From: a bacterium
GTDB lineage: Bacteria > Desulfobacterota > Deferrimicrobia > Deferrimicrobiales > Deferrimicrobiaceae
DNA length: 24,000 nucleotides
Direction of reading: 5' to 3'
Assembly (NCBI GenBank): GCA_041658505.1
Contig: JBBAAD010000001.1
Span: 1-24,000, forward strand
The notes under the pieces were generated by a model, which saw only the letters and a program-made list of their open reading frames with translations, did not search any database and was not told the DNA's origin. The translations under genes were made by a program, and so were the position numbers. Shown here piece by piece: positions 14,618 through 24,000 of the stretch. Each line of letters starts with the position of its first letter. Position 1 is the first letter of the stretch.

Positions 14618-17452
14618 TCACCCCGCGGCAGCGGGGAGGTGGAGGACCCGCCGCAGGAACTGCCCGGTGAAGGAGCGCGGGTTCCCCGCCACCTCCTCGG
14701 GGGTGCCGCACGCGACGATCTCTCCGCCGGCGTCGCCCCCTTCCGGCCCCAGATCGATGATGTGGTCCGCCGACTTGATCACGTCCAGGTTGTGCTCGAT
14801 GATGATCACCGTGTTCCCCGCGTCCGCGAACAGGTGAAGGACGGAGAGGAGCTTCGAGATGTCGTCGAAGTGGAGCCCGGTCGTCGGCTCGTCGAGCAGG
14901 TAGACCGTCTTCCCCGTCGCCCGGCGCGACAGCTCCCGCGCGAGTTTCACCCGCTGCGCCTCGCCGCCCGACAGGGTGGTGGCCGACTGCCCCAGCCGGA
15001 TGTATCCGAGCCCCACGCGCGACAGCGTCTCCAGCTTGTGCCGGATCGGCGGGATGGGGGAAAGGAACACCAGCGCCTGGTCGACCGTCATCTCGAGGAC
15101 GTCGGCGACGCTCTTCCCCTTGTAGGCGACCTCGAGCGTCTCCCGGTTGTACCGCCGCCCCCGGCACTCCTCGCACGTGACGTAGACGTCCGGCATGAAG
15201 TGCATCTCGATCCTGATGATCCCGTCCCCCTCGCACGCCTCGCACCGCCCTCCCTTCACGTTGAAGGAGTAGCGGCCGGGCCGGTACCCGCGGGATTTGC
15301 TCTCGGGGAGCATCGCGAACAGGTCCCGGATCGGCGTGAAAACGCCGGAGTACGTCGCCGGGTTCGAGCGCGGGGTGCGCCCGATGGGGGACTGATCGAT
15401 GTGGATCACCTTGTCCACCTGTTCCATCCCCGACAGCGACCGGTGCTCCCCGGGCCGCTCCCGGCCGCCGGTGAGCTTCTGGGCGAGCGCCTTGTAGAGG
15501 GTGTCGAGGATCAGCGTCGACTTCCCGGAGCCCGAGACGCCGGTCACACACGTGATGACGCCCAGCGGGATCGTCACGCCGATCCCCTTCAGGTTGTTCG
15601 CCCGGCACCCCTCGAGTCGCAGCGCGTGCCCGTTGGAGCGCCGCCGCTCCCGCGGCACGGGGATCTCCTTCTTCCCCGCGAGGTACCGCCCGGTGAGCGA
15701 CGCCTCGCACCGGACGATCTCCTCCGGGGTCCCCGCCGCCACCACGTGCCCCCCGTGCTCCCCCGCCCCGGGTCCCATGTCGATCACGTGGTCCGCGCTC
15801 CGGATCGTTTCCTCGTCGTGCTCGACGACCAGTACCGTGTTCCCCATGTCGCGCAGCCGGGTCAGGGTGGACAGGAGCCGCCGGTTGTCCCGCTGGTGCA
15901 GCCCGATGGACGGCTCATCGAGGATGTAGAGGACGCCCATCAGCGACGCGCCGATCTGCGTGGCCAGCCGGATCCGCTGCCCCTCGCCGCCGGAAAGGGT
16001 CGCGGAAGGCCTGGACAGCGCGAGGTAGGAGAGCCCCACGTTCACGAGGAAGGTGAGGCGCGACCGGATCTCCTTCAGGATGCGCGAAGCGATCTCTTCT
16101 TCCCGCGCCAGGAGCGGCAGGTCGCGGAAGAAGGCGAGCGCCTCCCCCACCGGAAGGCCGGTCACGCCGTCGATCCCCTTTCCCCCGACGGTGACGCACA
16201 GCGCCTCTTTCTTCAGCCGCGCGCCCCCGCACGCCCGGCACGGCCGGTTGTTCATGTACCGGGAGAGCTCTTCCCGCACGTCCTCGGAGTCGGTCTCCCG
16301 GAAGCGCCGCTCGAGGTTGTTCACCACCCCCTCGAACGGCTTGGTGAAGGAGAATTGCCGGTCCCCTTCCTCGAGGGCGAACCGGACCGGCTCCCCGGCC
16401 GATCCGAAGAGGACGAGGCGTCGAACAAGCGAAGGGAGCTTTCCGAACGGCACGTCGAGGGAGAACCGGTAGTGGGACGCGAGGGAGGCGAGCGTCTGGC
16501 GGTAGAAGATCTGCGTGCGGCGGCTCCATGGGTCGATCGCCCCCTGCCGGATCGTCTTCCCGGGGTCGGGGACCACCAGGTCGGGGTCGAAGTAGATCGT
16601 CGACCCGAGCCCGTCGCACTCGGGGCACGCGCCGTGGGGGCTGTTGAAGGAGAACAGGCGCGGGGCGACCTCGGGGAGGCTCACGCCGCAGTCGGGGCAG
16701 GCGAACTTCTCGCTGCAGATCGTGCCGTTCCCCTGCCCGTCCACCACGCGCACCAGCCCCTCGGACAGTTTGAGACACAACGCCACGGAGTCGGCCAGCC
16801 GTCCGCGCGTCCCTTCCGAGACCTTCAGCCGGTCCACCACGACGTCGATGTCGTGCTTTCGCTGCTTGTCGAGGGCGATCGGCTCGGCGGGGTCCCTCGT
16901 CTCCCCGTCCACCACCACGCGGGAAAAACCGTCGCGGGATAGCTTCGCGAGCTCCTTGCGATACTCCCCCTTGCGCCCCCGGACGATCGGCGCCCACAGC
17001 TGGACTCGCGCGCCGTCCCCCATCGCCATCACGGCGTCGACGATCTGCGTCACCGTCTGCCGGCGGATCTCCTTCCAGCAGGAGGGGCAGTGGACCCGCC
17101 CGATGGAGGCGAACAGCAGCCGCAGGTAGTCGTAGATCTCCGTGACCGTCCCGACGGTGGAGCGGGGATTCTTTCCGACCGACTTCTGCTCGATGGAGAT
17201 GGCGGGGGAGAGCCCCTCGATCACGTCGACATCGGGCTTCTCCATCTGCTCGAGGAACTGGCGGGCGTAGGCGGAGAGCGACTCCACGTACCGCCGCTGC
17301 CCCTCGGCGTAGATCGTGTCGAAGGCGAGCGACGATTTCCCGGAGCCCGAGACCCCGGTGATCACGACGAGCCGGTCGCGGGGGATCTCGACGTCGATGT
17401 TCTTCAGGTTGTGCACGCGGGCGCCGCGCACGATGATCCGGTCGAGAGCCAC
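14618..17452 (-). CDS. uvrA: UvrABC system protein A (excinuclease ATPase subunit)
   Basis: 944 aa: [132 protein letters not shown]. Confidence 0.98.
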   Translation of the reverse strand: MALDRIIVRGARVHNLKNIDVEIPRDRLVVITGVSGSGKSSLAFDTIYAEGQRRYVESLSAYARQFLEQMEKPDVDVIEGLSPAISIEQKSVGKNPRSTVGTVTEIYDYLRLLFASIGRVHCPSCWKEIRRQTVTQIVDAVMAMGDGARVQLWAPIVRGRKGEYRKELAKLSRDGFSRVVVDGETRDPAEPIALDKQRKHDIDVVVDRLKVSEGTRGRLADSVALCLKLSEGLVRVVDGQGNGTICSEKFACPDCGVSLPEVAPRLFSFNSPHGACPECDGLGSTIYFDPDLVVPDPGKTIRQGAIDPWSRRTQIFYRQTLASLASHYRFSLDVPFGKLPSLVRRLVLFGSAGEPVRFALEEGDRQFSFTKPFEGVVNNLERRFRETDSEDVREELSRYMNNRPCRACGGARLKKEALCVTVGGKGIDGVTGLPVGEALAFFRDLPLLAREEEIASRILKEIRSRLTFLVNVGLSYLALSRPSATLSGGEGQRIRLATQIGASLMGVLYILDEPSIGLHQRDNRRLLSTLTRLRDMGNTVLVVEHDEETIRSADHVIDMGPGAGEHGGHVVAAGTPEEIVRCEASLTGRYLAGKKEIPVPRERRRSNGHALRLEGCRANNLKGIGVTIPLGVITCVTGVSGSGKSTLILDTLYKALAQKLTGGRERPGEHRSLSGMEQVDKVIHIDQSPIGRTPRSNPATYSGVFTPIRDLFAMLPESKSRGYRPGRYSFNVKGGRCEACEGDGIIRIEMHFMPDVYVTCEECRGRRYNRETLEVAYKGKSVADVLEMTVDQALVFLSPIPPIRHKLETLSRVGLGYIRLGQSATTLSGGEAQRVKLARELSRRATGKTVYLLDEPTTGLHFDDISKLLSVLHLFADAGNTVIIIEHNLDVIKSADHIIDLGPEGGDAGGEIVACGTPEEVAGNPRSFTGQFLRRVLHLPAAAG

Positions 17453-17523
17453 CGCTACTTCTCCTCAGTGGTTCAATTCATGAATACCGCAACGAATCCA
17501 ACAAGATCCAGGAAGCCGGGGCG

Positions 17524-17603
17524 CCTCCGGGACGCACCCTTCGGCTGCGTCGCCTCGGAGGGGGACTCCGTTCGTGGCTCGCCGTGCGGTGAACCTGCAC
17601 GGC
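17524..17603. repeat. Two adjacent perfect-stem hairpins in the pdxA-uvrA intergenic region (REP-like or structured RNA element)
   Basis: Hairpin 1: CCTCCG(17524-17529) g GACGCA(17531-17536) ... TGCGTC(17546-17551) gcct CGGAGG(17556-17561). Hairpin 2: GCCGTGC(17581-17587) ggtgaacct GCACGGC(17597-17603). No T tract. Confidence 0.65.
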
Positions 17604-17609
17604 TGCGCT

Positions 17610-18611
17610 TTACCTCACTGCGCCCCCCTCCTGCGGCGACTCCGCCATCTCCGCGGCCATCCGGGCGGCGGCCAGCAGGCTCGCGGGGTTCGCGGTCCCC
17701 TTCCCGGCGATGTCGTAGGCGGTGCCGTGGTCCACCGAGGTCCGGATGATCGGCAGACCCATCGTCACGTTCACCCCGTCGTCGAAGTGGACGAGCTTCA
17801 GGGGGATGAGGCCGTGGTCGTGCGTCATCGCGACGACGACGTCGAACTCCCCCCGGTACGCGCGGTAAAAGATCGTGTCGGGAGGGTACGGACCCGAGGC
17901 GTCGATCCCCGCCGCCCGGCAGGCGGCGATCGCCGGCGCGATGAGCGTCGTCTCCTCGTCCCCGAACATCCCCCCCTCGCCCGCGTGGGGGTTCAGCGCG
18001 GCCACGGCGATCCGCGGGGAGGGGGTCCCCATGTACCTTCGGAAGAAAGCGTCGGTGATGCGCACGGTCTTTTCGATGAGCGCGGGAGAGAGAAGTTCCA
18101 GGGCGCGGCGCAATCCGACGTGGATCGTGACCAGGGCGACGCGCAGCCGGTCGCCGGCCAGCATCATCACCACGTCGGCGCCGCCGCACAGGTGGGCGAG
18201 GAACTCGGTGTGGCCGGGGAACGGAACGCCCGCCGCCTTCAACCCTTCCTTCGTGATCGGGCAGGTGACGATCGCCGCGGCCTTGCCGGAGAGAACGTCT
18301 TCCGCCGCGGACCGGATATACCCGGCCATCGCCACGGAGCCGGGCAGGGAGGGGCGCCCGAAGGGGACCTCCTCCGGGTTGAGAGAAGATCGCGCCGCGA
18401 CGGCGATCCGCCCGGGTCCGGTCTCCTCGCCCTCGCCGACGATGGCGAGGGACGCGCCCGTCACCCGCACGGCACGCCGCAGGATCGCCGGGTCGCCGTA
18501 CACGACCGGGCGGCACCAGGAGAAGAGCTCCTCCCGCGCATGGACAAGGACGGCGACCTCCGGGCCGATCCCCGCGGGGTCCCCCATCGTGATGGCGATC
18601 TTCGGCGGCAT
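17610..18611 (-). CDS. pdxA: 4-hydroxythreonine-4-phosphate dehydrogenase
   Basis: 333 aa: MPPKIAITMGDPAGIGPEV, VTCPITKEGLKAAGVPFPGHTEFLA, AALNPHAGEGGMFGDEE, GPYPPDTIF, VAMTHDHGLIPLKLVHFDDGVNVTMGLPIIRTSVDHGTAYDIAGKG. Confidence 0.97.
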   Translation of the reverse strand: MPPKIAITMGDPAGIGPEVAVLVHAREELFSWCRPVVYGDPAILRRAVRVTGASLAIVGEGEETGPGRIAVAARSSLNPEEVPFGRPSLPGSVAMAGYIRSAAEDVLSGKAAAIVTCPITKEGLKAAGVPFPGHTEFLAHLCGGADVVMMLAGDRLRVALVTIHVGLRRALELLSPALIEKTVRITDAFFRRYMGTPSPRIAVAALNPHAGEGGMFGDEETTLIAPAIAACRAAGIDASGPYPPDTIFYRAYRGEFDVVVAMTHDHGLIPLKLVHFDDGVNVTMGLPIIRTSVDHGTAYDIAGKGTANPASLLAAARMAAEMAESPQEGGAVR

Positions 18612-18658
18612 GGCATTACCCCTGCGCGGCGGCCGCGGCGAGGCGGGTGTGGGGCGGG

Positions 18659-19633
18659 TCAGAGGCGGACGTCGATCGAGGCCGACCGCTTCAGCTCCGA
18701 GAGGAGGTCGGAATACGCCTTTTCGCTGCGCCGGTCGGTGAGCTCCTCGGTCAAGCCGTCCTTCACCGCGGAGAAATCCCCGGGCGTCCCCCCCCGGCGC
18801 TCGACGACCCGAAGAAGATAAGCCCCCGCCTCCGCGAAGAACGGCGACGACGATTCCCCGGCCCGCAGACGGCGAACCTCCCGCTGCAGCTCCGGGAGCA
18901 GGTCCTCGGTCGTCACGAAGTCGGCGGCGTGGAGCTGGACCTTGGGAAACGTTCCGCGAACCAACGCCTGCGCCTCGGCGAAGGTGCGTCCCGCCCGAAC
19001 CGCCTCGCCCGCCTGCTGCACGGCGATCCGCGCCTGCGCGGCGTCTTCGCCCTGGGGCTGCGCGGAGGCGATCGGGAAGAAGAGCGTCTCGAGCCGGACC
19101 TGCGCCCCCACCAGGAACCGTTCCCCGCTCTCCCGGAAGTAGTCGCGCACCTCGCTTTCCGTCACCGTGACCTCCTTGAACTTGCGCGCCCGGACGATCG
19201 CACCGCGCTCCATCTGCCACCGGAGGCGGCGGCGGTACGCGGGAAGGGAGATCCCCTCCTTCCCGAGCAGCTCGGCGAACTGCGCCTCGCTCATCCCGTT
19301 CGCCTTCCGGACGGATTCGGCCGCCTTGTCGATCTCGCCCTCCGCGATCGGCTGGCCCAGCTTCTCCAGCTCCTTGCGCACCAGGACGGAATCGACGAGG
19401 GCCTCGATCCAGCGCAGCACCGCGCGGGGGTCGCGCTCCTCGCGCAGGAGCGCATCCGCGTCGCCCACGGGGATCCCCATCCCTTCCGACACCGACTCGC
19501 GCACCTCGGAAAAAGTGACCGGCTCCTCGTTCACCAGCGCGACGACGCCGTCGATCACGCGGGGGAACGCCGCCCCCGCGGAAAGAAGCAGCGCCGCGCC
19601 CGCCGCCGCGATGATCGCCCCCGTCCGCCTCAC
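18659..19633 (-). CDS. SurA N-terminal-domain periplasmic chaperone/foldase-like protein
   Basis: 324 aa from GTG at 19633: signal peptide, DGVVALVNEEPVTFSEVRESV, KLGQPIAEGEIDKAAESVRKANGMSEAQFAELLGKEGISLPAYRRRLRWQMERGAIV. The parvulin region is divergent. Confidence 0.85.
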   Translation of the reverse strand: MRRTGAIIAAAGAALLLSAGAAFPRVIDGVVALVNEEPVTFSEVRESVSEGMGIPVGDADALLREERDPRAVLRWIEALVDSVLVRKELEKLGQPIAEGEIDKAAESVRKANGMSEAQFAELLGKEGISLPAYRRRLRWQMERGAIVRARKFKEVTVTESEVRDYFRESGERFLVGAQVRLETLFFPIASAQPQGEDAAQARIAVQQAGEAVRAGRTFAEAQALVRGTFPKVQLHAADFVTTEDLLPELQREVRRLRAGESSSPFFAEAGAYLLRVVERRGGTPGDFSAVKDGLTEELTDRRSEKAYSDLLSELKRSASIDVRL

Positions 19634-20574
19634 CGTTTCTCCTCGACCAGTTTTTGCAGCAGCTCCGCGTGCACCTTCACCCTGGCCCCCGCGGTCGCCT
19701 GCGCCAGCCACCGGCGGAACGCCTCCTCCCGCCGGGGCGCGAGGATCGACTCCCGGATCCGCGCCTCTTCGCTGCGCAGCGTCTGCGCCCGGGCCGCTTC
19801 CCGCCGCGTGACCTGGAACAGGCTCGTCACGCCCTCCCCGGGAACCGGCTCGCTGACGCCGCCCTCCGGAAGATCGAACACCCCGGCGGGAAGTTCCGGC
19901 GGGAGCTCGTCGCGGCGGAAGAAACCGAGGTCGACCCCCTCGACGGAAAGGTCTCCGGCGTCCCCGCCGACGGACCGCCCGGCCTGCAGCTTCTCGCGCG
20001 CGACGGCCGCGCGCTCCGCCGAATCGAAGAGGTATTGCCGCACGCGGATCCGCTCCGGCGCCGTCGCGGGATTCCGTTCCTTCCGGAACGCCGCCTCCAC
20101 CTCCTGCGGGGTCACCGTGGCCCCGGCCGCCGCGATGGCGTCGGCCGACCGCCGGTACAGGAGGGAACGCCGGAGCTGCTCCCGCCACGCGTCGGGTTCC
20201 ATCCCCGCCTGGAGGAGCGCCTTCTCGAGCCCCCCCGGCGGGAAGTCCGCCCGGAACCGCATCACCTCTTCCTCGAGGGCGCCCGCGGGGAGCGTCAGGC
20301 CCCGCCGCTCCCCCTCGCGCAGGACGACGGTTCGCTCGATCGCCCGCCGGACCGCCTCGGAAACCTCTCCGCGGGAGGGCCCCCGGGCCTCGAGGGACGG
20401 CGTGTAGCCGCGCATCGAGAGGATCTCGTTCTTGACGTCCTTCAGGACGACGGGGGCGCCGTCCACCTCGGCGACGACGACCTCGGCGTCGGACCGGTTC
20501 GACGGGGCGGGAGAGCACGCCCACAGCAACGCGGCGACCAGCGCGAGCCCGGCCGCGGCATGGGCAGGGGACAC
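19630..20574 (-). CDS. SurA/PpiC-like peptidyl-prolyl isomerase family lipoprotein
   Basis: 314 aa from GTG at 20574, lipobox LLWAC|SPAP, VVVAEVDGAPVVLKDVKNEI, SRGEVSEAVRRAIERTVVLREGERRGL, DLGFFRRDELPPELPAGVFDLPEGGVSEPV. 4-bp stop/start overlap with the downstream gene. Confidence 0.8.
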   Translation of the reverse strand: MSPAHAAAGLALVAALLWACSPAPSNRSDAEVVVAEVDGAPVVLKDVKNEILSMRGYTPSLEARGPSRGEVSEAVRRAIERTVVLREGERRGLTLPAGALEEEVMRFRADFPPGGLEKALLQAGMEPDAWREQLRRSLLYRRSADAIAAAGATVTPQEVEAAFRKERNPATAPERIRVRQYLFDSAERAAVAREKLQAGRSVGGDAGDLSVEGVDLGFFRRDELPPELPAGVFDLPEGGVSEPVPGEGVTSLFQVTRREAARAQTLRSEEARIRESILAPRREEAFRRWLAQATAGARVKVHAELLQKLVEEKR

Positions 20575-20677
20575 TCTACCCCTGGGGGAGGACACTCCTC
20601 CAACCGTACAACCGACAACCTCAAGGAATGTCCCCCTCGACAAGAATGTCCCCCTGAAACTGAAAGCGCCTGCACCT
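20568..20677. repeat. Copy B of the dispersed palindromic (REP-like) element, with an internally duplicated GAATGTCCCCC unit
   Basis: GAAAGCGCCTGCACCT (20662-20677), GAATGTCCCCC (20644-20654), AGGAATGTCCCCC (20624-20636) and GGACACTCCTCC (20590-20601). Same modules as 1812-1874, opposite strand. Confidence 0.6.
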
Positions 20678-20727
20678 TGAAGGATCCTTCGTCTGCCGTA
20701 CATCTGCCGGAAAATCCCTGCAGGTGA

Positions 20728-21648
20728 TTACTTCCCCTGGGATGGCTGGCCCGGATTCCCGGCCTTCGGCGCGGCCGGCGCCGTCCCCGGCGCCTGCGCC
20801 CCCGGGGAGGCCGGAGGGCCCTCCGGCTTGTAGAGGACACGCACCGTCGCCTGTTTCCTCAGGTCCGCGATCAGCCCCTCGAAGGCGTCCCGCTGCGCCT
20901 GCTCGCGCTGCTCGGCGAGGAGCTTCGGCTTCACCTCCTCGAACGAACGGGCGCCCGCGGGCAATTTCGCGTACACCTTGATCACGTGGTACCCATACGT
21001 GGTCTTGACGGGACCCGTCGCCACGCCGGGCGCGGCGGCGAAGGCGGCCGCCTCGAACTCCTTCACGAAGTTCCCGCGCTCGATCTCCCCGAGGTCCGCG
21101 GCGACCTCGCCGTTCCCGGACCCGACCTCCTTCATCAGCGCTTCGAACGGCTCCCCCGCCTTCGCGCGACCGAGCATCTCCAGGGCGCGGGCCTTCTCAC
21201 GGAAGAGGATGTGGCTCACCTTCACCCGCTCCCCCACCTGGTGCGACGCGGGGTTCGCGTCGTAGATCTTGCGCAGCGCCGCGTCGGAAAGCCCGGGCGC
21301 CTTCTCGGCTACGTCGCGCAGCAGCGCCTCGAGGACGATCGACTTGCGCGCCATGGCGATCCGGTCGGCCACCTCGGGGCGGCGGTCGATCCCGCGCCGC
21401 AGCGCCTCCCGCATCAGCAGGTCGCGGGTGATGACGCTCTCGAGAAACTGCGCCCTGCCCGCGGCGGTTTCGAGGATCGGCCGCACGTAGGGGGGAAGAT
21501 TCTCCACCTCTTTCAGAAGCGTCGCCTCCGTGAGGGGCTCCCCGTTCACCACGGCGAGGGCCTTCCCCTGCGGTCCGCTCCCGGGGGGGCTCCCGCATGC
21601 GGACGCGACGACCGCCAAAATCACACACAGAATCGGCATCTTACGCAT
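20728..21648 (-). CDS. PpiC-type peptidyl-prolyl cis-trans isomerase lipoprotein
   Basis: 306 aa, lipobox VVASAC|GSPP, VVNGEPLTEATLLKEVENLP, VKVSHILFREKARALEMLGRAKAGEPFEALMKEVGSGNGEVAADLGEIERGNFVKEFEAAAFAAAPGVATGPVKTTYGYHVIKV. Confidence 0.9.
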   Translation of the reverse strand: MRKMPILCVILAVVASACGSPPGSGPQGKALAVVNGEPLTEATLLKEVENLPPYVRPILETAAGRAQFLESVITRDLLMREALRRGIDRRPEVADRIAMARKSIVLEALLRDVAEKAPGLSDAALRKIYDANPASHQVGERVKVSHILFREKARALEMLGRAKAGEPFEALMKEVGSGNGEVAADLGEIERGNFVKEFEAAAFAAAPGVATGPVKTTYGYHVIKVYAKLPAGARSFEEVKPKLLAEQREQAQRDAFEGLIADLRKQATVRVLYKPEGPPASPGAQAPGTAPAAPKAGNPGQPSQGK

Positions 21649-21728
21649 GGAGCGACTCTCCTTGGCGAAAACGTGTCTAAGTGCTTCAATTCACAAATAC
21701 GGTGGCATTCGAGGGCTGCGATCCGCCA

Positions 21729-24000
21729 TCATATGCTACTGCCCGCACCGAACCGGTTCAACAGGTTTTTCGCCGCCGCCAGGATCTCCGCGGGATCCGG
21801 GCCGGGAAGGCGCATCGCGAGGATCTCCCCGCGAACGAAGGAGAAGGTCTTCCGCTCCCGCGTCACCCAGGAGACAAGTTTCGCCCGGTCGAACGGGGAG
21901 TGGGCGGAGAGGGTGAGGAACAGGGAGCCGTCCCCGCGCTTGAGCTCCGCCACTCCCGAGGAGCGCATCGCGGCGCGCATCCGCGCCAGGTCGCACAGCG
22001 CGCGGGCGGGGACGGGAAGCCGACCGAACCGGTCCAGCAGCGCCATCTCGATCTCGTCCGCGGCGTCCACGGTCTTCGCCGACGACAGCTTCCGGTAGAA
22101 CTCCAGGCGCTCCCCGGCCTCGTCGATGTAATCGTCCGGAAGGAACGCCGGGACGCGCAGCTCCAGTTCCGGCTCCTCCTCCTGCGAGGCGGCCTTCCCC
22201 GAGATCTCCGCCACCGCCTCGGAGAGGAGCTGCGTGTACAGCTCGTACCCCACCTGGTGGATCTGTCCCGACTGGTCCTTCCCGAGAAGGTTCCCCGCAC
22301 CCCGGATCTCGAGGTCGTGGGAGGCGATCCGGAACCCCGAGCCGAGCTCCGTGAGCTCCTCGAGCACGGCGAGCCGCCGGGTGGCGTCCCTGGTGAGGGC
22401 CACGTCCTTCGGGAGGATGAAGTACGCGTACGCCCGGTGGCGGTCGCGGCCCACGCGGCCCCGGAGCTGGTACAGCTGGGCCAGCCCGAACCGGTGCGCG
22501 TGGTTCACGAGGATCGTGTTCGCGTTGGGAAGGTCCAGCCCGGCCTCGATGATCGCGGTGCACAGGAGGATGTCGGCGCGACGCGCCGTGAAGTCGTCCA
22601 TGGCGACGGAAAGGGTCTCCTCGTCCATCTGCCCGTGCCCCACGGCGATCCGCGCGTCGGGGAGCAGCTCGCGCAGGTACCGCTCCATCGCGGGGAGGGT
22701 CTGCACCCGGTTGTGGACGAAGAAGACCTGCCCGCCCCGGCGGATCTCCCGATCCACCGCCTCGCGGATCGTCTCGCCCGAGAAGGGGACGACGAAGGTG
22801 CGGATCGAGAGCCGGTCCTCGGGGGGGGTGGCGATCAGGCTCACGTCCCGGATCCCGGAGAACGCCATGTGCAGCGTGCGCGGGATCGGCGTGGCCGACA
22901 GCGTCAGCACGTCGGCGGCGGCGCGCATTCTCTTCAACCGCTCCTTGTGCGCCACTCCGAACCGCTGCTCCTCGTCGATCACCACGAGCCCGAGGTTCCC
23001 GAACGTCACGTCCCTCTGCAGCAGCCGGTGCGTACCGATGACGACGTCCACCGTGCCGTTCGCCACCCCCTTCACCACCTCCGCCTGGTCCTTCCGGGTG
23101 CGGAACCGCGACAGGTTCGCCACCCGCACGGGGTACCCCGCGAGGCGGCGGGTGAACGTCTGGTAATGCTGCTCGGCCAGGATGGTCGTCGGAACCAGCA
23201 CCGCCGCCTGCTTCCCCGCCATCACCACCTGGAACGCCGCGCGGATCGCCACCTCGGTCTTGCCGTACCCCACGTCGCCGCAGACGAGCCGGTCCATCGG
23301 ACGGGGGGAGGAGAGGTCGGACAGCACCTCGCGGATCACCTGCTCCTGGTCCGGCGTCTCCTCGTGGGGGAACGCCGCCTCGAATTCCCGGAAGACCGCG
23401 TCGGGCGGCGAAACGGGAGCCTTCTCGGCCAGCTGGCGCTTCGCCTGCAGGTCCACCAGCTCCTGGGCCATCGCGAGCAGGTCGTCCCGCACCTTCCGCT
23501 TGGCGCGCTGCCACGCCGTCCCCCCCAGGCGCGACAGCTGCGCGCGCCCCTCCTCCGACGCCACGTACCGCTGCACCCGGGACATCTTCTCCACGGGGAT
23601 GAACAGCCGGTCGCCTCCCGCGTACTCGAGGACGAGGTAGTCCCCCTCCGTCCCGGCGGCCGTGCGCCGCAGGAGCCCGCGGTAGATCCCGATGCCGTGA
23701 TCCACGTGGACCGCGGGGTCGTTCACCCGCAGGTCCGCGAGCGAGAACTCCTCGGGGACGGCGATCCCCTCCTTCCGCGGGCGGCGCGCCCGGGCCTTCT
23801 CCCCGAAGATCTCGCTCTCGGTGACGATCGCCGCGCGAAGCTCCGGCGCGCGGAATCCCCGGGTGACCTCCGACCCGCACAGGAAGACCCCGCGGTCCCG
23901 GGACAGCGCCTCGCGCAGCGTGTCGACCCGGGAGAGCGGCACGGCGTACCGGGAGAGGAAATCCTCCATCCGGTCCACCTGCGACGGGGAGAGGGAGCTG
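21729..24000 (-). CDS. mfd: Transcription-repair coupling factor (partial; N-terminus beyond window edge)
   Basis: Open to position 24000. RNAP-interacting domain VHVDHGIGIYRGLL...DYLVLEYAGGDRLFIPVEKM; helicase motifs VCGDVGYGKTEVAIRAAF, VVIDEEQRFGV, LSATPIPRTLHMA, QLYQLRGRVGRDRHRAYAYF. Confidence 0.97.
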   Translation of the reverse strand, partial: SSLSPSQVDRMEDFLSRYAVPLSRVDTLREALSRDRGVFLCGSEVTRGFRAPELRAAIVTESEIFGEKARARRPRKEGIAVPEEFSLADLRVNDPAVHVDHGIGIYRGLLRRTAAGTEGDYLVLEYAGGDRLFIPVEKMSRVQRYVASEEGRAQLSRLGGTAWQRAKRKVRDDLLAMAQELVDLQAKRQLAEKAPVSPPDAVFREFEAAFPHEETPDQEQVIREVLSDLSSPRPMDRLVCGDVGYGKTEVAIRAAFQVVMAGKQAAVLVPTTILAEQHYQTFTRRLAGYPVRVANLSRFRTRKDQAEVVKGVANGTVDVVIGTHRLLQRDVTFGNLGLVVIDEEQRFGVAHKERLKRMRAAADVLTLSATPIPRTLHMAFSGIRDVSLIATPPEDRLSIRTFVVPFSGETIREAVDREIRRGGQVFFVHNRVQTLPAMERYLRELLPDARIAVGHGQMDEETLSVAMDDFTARRADILLCTAIIEAGLDLPNANTILVNHAHRFGLAQLYQLRGRVGRDRHRAYAYFILPKDVALTRDATRRLAVLEELTELGSGFRIASHDLEIRGAGNLLGKDQSGQIHQVGYELYTQLLSEAVAEISGKAASQEEEPELELRVPAFLPDDYIDEAGERLEFYRKLSSAKTVDAADEIEMALLDRFGRLPVPARALCDLARMRAAMRSSGVAELKRGDGSLFLTLSAHSPFDRAKLVSWVTRERKTFSFVRGEILAMRLPGPDPAEILAAAKNLLNRFGAGSSI

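Noticed and set aside
14249-16942. 897-aa plus-strand ORF opposite uvrA
   Set aside because: Antisense to unambiguous UvrA. The His/Arg/Pro-rich composition is typical of complementary-strand open frames in GC-rich genomes.
18659-20524. 621-aa minus-strand ORF suggesting a large fused SurA protein
   Set aside because: Only the part after GTG 19633 (signal peptide onward) resembles SurA. The upstream part is an out-of-frame reading of the neighbouring lipoprotein gene.
21736-23880. 714-aa minus-strand ORF overlapping mfd
   Set aside because: Alternate frame of mfd. Gly/Arg-rich with no motifs, while the -3 frame gives a full set of Mfd helicase motifs.
1-24000. CRISPR array, tRNA/rRNA genes, phage or toxin-antitoxin modules, reverse transcriptase
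   Set aside because: No regularly spaced repeats, no tRNA-like or rRNA-like segments and no recognisable proteins of these classes were seen by eye. A tRNAscan/Infernal/CRISPR-finder run would be needed to exclude them formally.

Overview
High-GC bacterial chromosomal window. Gene content and synteny look like a Deltaproteobacteria/Geobacter-like lineage (inference only). From left to right: a truncated minus-strand hypothetical ORF; hemL with a near-consensus sigma70 promoter; an F0 ATP synthase cluster (AtpZ-like, AtpI-like, atpB, atpE) ending in a clear intrinsic terminator; a minus-strand archaic (Csu-like, spore coat U) chaperone-usher pilus locus; a P2A-type cation ATPase reading frame with a frameshift and a missing TGES segment; a DUF3109-like protein; an AraC-HTH/O6-alkylguanine-DNA methyltransferase fusion; and then a minus-strand block of DUF3467, uvrA, pdxA, three SurA/PpiC-type proteins and mfd (N-terminus off the window). 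The most notable observation is a 366-aa protein inside the chaperone-usher locus. It has six copies of the 24-residue MshEN/GspE-N c-di-GMP-binding motif (three paired modules), then a hydrophobic segment and a secreted-type domain. This would be a candidate cytoplasm-to-periplasm c-di-GMP link to a chaperone-usher pilus. I also see a dispersed palindromic element in two distant intergenic regions and structured hairpins between uvrA and pdxA. No tRNA, rRNA, CRISPR array or transposase gene was recognised. All calls come from reading the sequence and ORF track, with no database search.
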